From positions 1,024,001-1,088,000 of the forward strand of contig CAXVYR010000004.1 in the NCBI GenBank assembly GCA_963666975.2: 64,000 nucleotides of DNA, given 5' to 3'. Source of the DNA: Terriglobia bacterium (GTDB lineage: Bacteria > Acidobacteriota > Terriglobia > 2-12-FULL-54-10). The position numbers were made by a program, and so were the translations under genes. A model generated the notes under the pieces. The model did no database searches. It saw only the letters and a program-made list of their open reading frames with translations, and was not told the DNA's origin. Of this stretch, positions 61,346-64,000 are shown in pieces; the stretch's first letter is position 1, and each line of letters opens with the position of its first letter.

Positions 61346-61518
61346 CTATATATTTTCCCCTTCTGCCTAAGGCCAGTCAATAGGGAATTCACTTTGCCAA
61401 TCTGTTAAAAGAGCCAGCATCGCGGGAACTTTTTTTTCAAGTATCCATTTTTTCGAGTATCCATCGAGTCCCAGCGCCGTCGACGTCATCTGAGGCAACC
61501 AAGGTTGACACCAAGAGG

Positions 61519-61902
61519 CTACTCCTTGTCCTTCAACAAGGAGGATAAATCGGCGAACGGCTTGTAAGTGGCAGGTTGCTTTTTCTCGCCGATTGGTGTT
61601 GCCTCATCAGTTCCCCCTTCATTCCAATAACGACCGTGCTCATCATCGTGACAATAGAGACACAGGAGTTCCCAGTTGCGACCGTCGGGCGGGTTGTTGT
61701 CGTGGTTGTGGTCCTTGTGATGGACCGTGAGCTCACGAAGATTCTTAGGGGTAAATTCGCGTCCGCACCTGGCACAAATCCAGGGGTAGAGCTTGAGCGC
61801 CTGCTCCCGATAGCCCTGATTTCGCTGCTCCAGGATGCGGCGGGTCTCCGCGACGACCGGGTCCAACTTGTCGGGGTCTGGGCTTGTACGTTTCAATGGC
61901 AT
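61519..61902 (-). CDS. yajD: YajD-family HNH nuclease
   Basis: YREQALKLYPWICARC, HHKDHNHDNN, NWELLCLYCHD, TYKPFADL. Confidence 0.9.
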   Translation of the reverse strand: MPLKRTSPDPDKLDPVVAETRRILEQRNQGYREQALKLYPWICARCGREFTPKNLRELTVHHKDHNHDNNPPDGRNWELLCLYCHDDEHGRYWNEGGTDEATPIGEKKQPATYKPFADLSSLLKDKE

Positions 61903-62173
61903 TCACGCGCCCTTCCGCTTTCCCCGGACGGGACAAGCCTAACCCTTGTCTGCGATGGACTTGTTCATGACGCCTATCCTTTATCCTTTATCCTTCACAG
62001 GAAACCCTCGCGCAGACGACAGGAATGGCTCAATTAGACTGCCTCCCAACCTGCTGGTCAAGGGCAAAGCATCCTTTGGCAAAAAACCGTGCCGGGAAAG
62101 TTGTGACTTGGTCCCCACACGTTTTAGCCGAGCCGCGAGCGACTGGTCAGTTCCAGAGCGCTTCCGTAGCTTG

Positions 62174-62680
62174 TTAGAAAAGCCGGCTTCGGGGAAACTT
62201 CTTTTTTAAGTATCCGTCGAGCCCCAGCGCACGGCCCGCCGAAACTGCCACGAAAACCAGATGCAGGATGATAAAAATGCGGTTGATCCCCACCCGCGCC
62301 CCTCCGGCCGGGATGGCGACGGCGAGGTAGATGTTGAGATTGTAGAAGGCTCCAAACGAAGAGGCGATCCGGACCAGGCATCCCGACAGAAGGGAAAAAG
62401 CGATGGCGAGCTCGCCGAAACAAACCAGATAACTGAATACATCGGCGTTGGGGACGACCACGCCCAGGATGAAATCGCGGTGCCAGGAGATGGGATCGTC
62501 TGCAACCCCAGACAGCGTGCGGACCAGCGATTCCCCGCTTAAAAAACTTCCAGTCAGCTTCCGCCAGCCGACCAACAGGAAGTGGTAACCCACCATAATG
62601 CGCAGGATCGCCACGTATCCCAGGGCCGTATTCTGCCTGAAGTTGTCGGCGAGGAACGCCCGCGCACGATTCAGCAGCAT
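62174..62680 (-). CDS. DoxX-family membrane protein
   Basis: LRIMVG, GELAI, AGRALGLD. Confidence 0.85.
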   Translation of the reverse strand: MLLNRARAFLADNFRQNTALGYVAILRIMVGYHFLLVGWRKLTGSFLSGESLVRTLSGVADDPISWHRDFILGVVVPNADVFSYLVCFGELAIAFSLLSGCLVRIASSFGAFYNLNIYLAVAIPAGGARVGINRIFIILHLVFVAVSAGRALGLDGYLKKKFPRSRLF

Positions 62681-62768
62681 GGGAAAAGCCTCCTAGCCGT
62701 CAATTCTAAGCCATTTATTATAATCCCTATATTGTATGCAAAGCCCGGCACGTTGTGGATTCCGGCGC

Positions 62769-64000
62769 TTACTCTTCCTCATCCTGCTCTCCTTTGTAGC
62801 GTTCCGCGATGGGGCCCGAGTAGCCGAAGATGCGTTGAATCCAGCGCACCAGCCCCTCGGTGGATTTCTCCATCCAGTAGAAATCGGCCGCGTGCCGCCC
62901 GGCGAGCGAAAAAGTCGGGTAGGGATGGATGGTATCCGACAGTCCTGCGAGGCTGATTCCATGCTTCATAGCCAGGGTGTACTCCATGATCAGCTCGCCG
63001 GCGTGAGGCCCCACGATGTGCGCCCCCAGCAGCTTCCCGCCCCAGCGGGTGGCGATCAGCTTCACCAAGCCCACGCGCTCGCTGTCGGTGATGGCGCGGT
63101 CCTCAGAGCGGAATGAAACACGGTGCACCTTGACGGAGCCATGTTTCTCGCGGGCCTCGGTTTCGGTAAGGCCCACGCGCGCGACCTCCGGGTCCGAGAA
63201 AATCGCCCAGGGAACGGCCTTGTAGTTGAGCTTCATCGGAACGTGGAGGATGGCGTTGGTGATGGCCACCTTGCCTTGGTACTCGGCCGTGTGCGTGAAC
63301 AGAAAGTGCCCGGTCACGTCCCCGCAGGCGTAGATGTTGCGCGCCGTGGTGCGGCAACGGCTGTCCACGCGGATGCCCTGGCGCTCCACCGCGACGCCGG
63401 CTTTGTCCAGACCCAGCTCCTCGACATTCGGACGGCGGCCCACCGCCACGAGCAGAGTGTCCCCGGAAACGGTCTCCGGCGTCCCATGGTGATCGAGCGT
63501 CAGGGTGTGTTCCAGACCTTTATGGGTATGTTGTACGGAGTCCGCCTTAACCGCCGCATCCACATACACGCGGATACCTTCCCGCTTGAGAATGGCAGTG
63601 ACCTGCGCGGAGACCTCCTCGTCCTCGCGAGGGAGAATGCGCGGAGCCATATCGATCAGCGTGACCTCGCTGCCGAGCCGCCGGAAGGCCTGCGCCATCT
63701 CGACGCCGATCGGCCCGGCGCCCATGATCAGAAGATGCCGGGGCCGGGTGCGAATTCCGAAGAGGGTCTCGTTGGTGAGGTAATCGGTGAGTCCTTCCAG
63801 CGGCGGAACCAGTGGCCGCGATCCGGTGGCCACGACAAACTTTTTGCTGCGCAGCGTATCGCCGTTGAGGAGCAATTCGCGGGAGGAGAGGAACCGGGCC
63901 TCGCCGAAGCGCGTTTCCACCCCGTAGCGGGCCAGCTTTTCCGGGCTGTCGTGCGGCTCCACCTTGCGGATCACTCCGGCGACGCGCTCCATTACCTTGG
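62769..64000 (-). CDS. Pyridine nucleotide-disulfide oxidoreductase (MerA/Lpd-like), 5' end outside window
   Basis: ATGS, GAGPIG, ACGD, FTH, HPYPT; no C-terminal CC pair, so not a true MerA. Confidence 0.88.
   Translation of the reverse strand, partial: KVMERVAGVIRKVEPHDSPEKLARYGVETRFGEARFLSSRELLLNGDTLRSKKFVVATGSRPLVPPLEGLTDYLTNETLFGIRTRPRHLLIMGAGPIGVEMAQAFRRLGSEVTLIDMAPRILPREDEEVSAQVTAILKREGIRVYVDAAVKADSVQHTHKGLEHTLTLDHHGTPETVSGDTLLVAVGRRPNVEELGLDKAGVAVERQGIRVDSRCRTTARNIYACGDVTGHFLFTHTAEYQGKVAITNAILHVPMKLNYKAVPWAIFSDPEVARVGLTETEAREKHGSVKVHRVSFRSEDRAITDSERVGLVKLIATRWGGKLLGAHIVGPHAGELIMEYTLAMKHGISLAGLSDTIHPYPTFSLAGRHAADFYWMEKSTEGLVRWIQRIFGYSGPIAERYKGEQDEEE

Noticed and set aside
62769-64000. 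Mercury resistance gene merA
   Set aside because: No C-terminal Cys pair and no visible mer genes; it has an Lpd-like HPYPT motif.

Overview
GC-rich bacterial chromosomal window, probably Acidobacteriota (inferred from the long Pro-rich TonB, the paired secreted VWA proteins and the repeat families). It is mostly housekeeping and metabolic genes: htrA, folD, mrp, glcDEF, guaA, an orphan nuoI, a form-II-like coxSLM, pyrG-kdsADC, EF-G2, mltD, galU, tpiA-secG-tRNA-Leu and a sulfite/nitrite reductase. Best find: an unannotated 19-aa leader peptide, MRGKSHLRRIMCCCCCCCV (61286-61345, minus strand). It is followed by a mutually exclusive antiterminator and intrinsic terminator directly upstream of the sulfite reductase-like gene, which makes a candidate ribosome-mediated cysteine attenuator. 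Also present: a 6S-like structured RNA; an integrase-less island at tRNA-Leu(GAG) (43165-50888) carrying an IS256-split amidase with a strange deletion-riddled duplicate; a 234-bp MITE pair; several REP-like families; and tandem repeats anchored on stop codons. No CRISPR array or intact prophage was seen.
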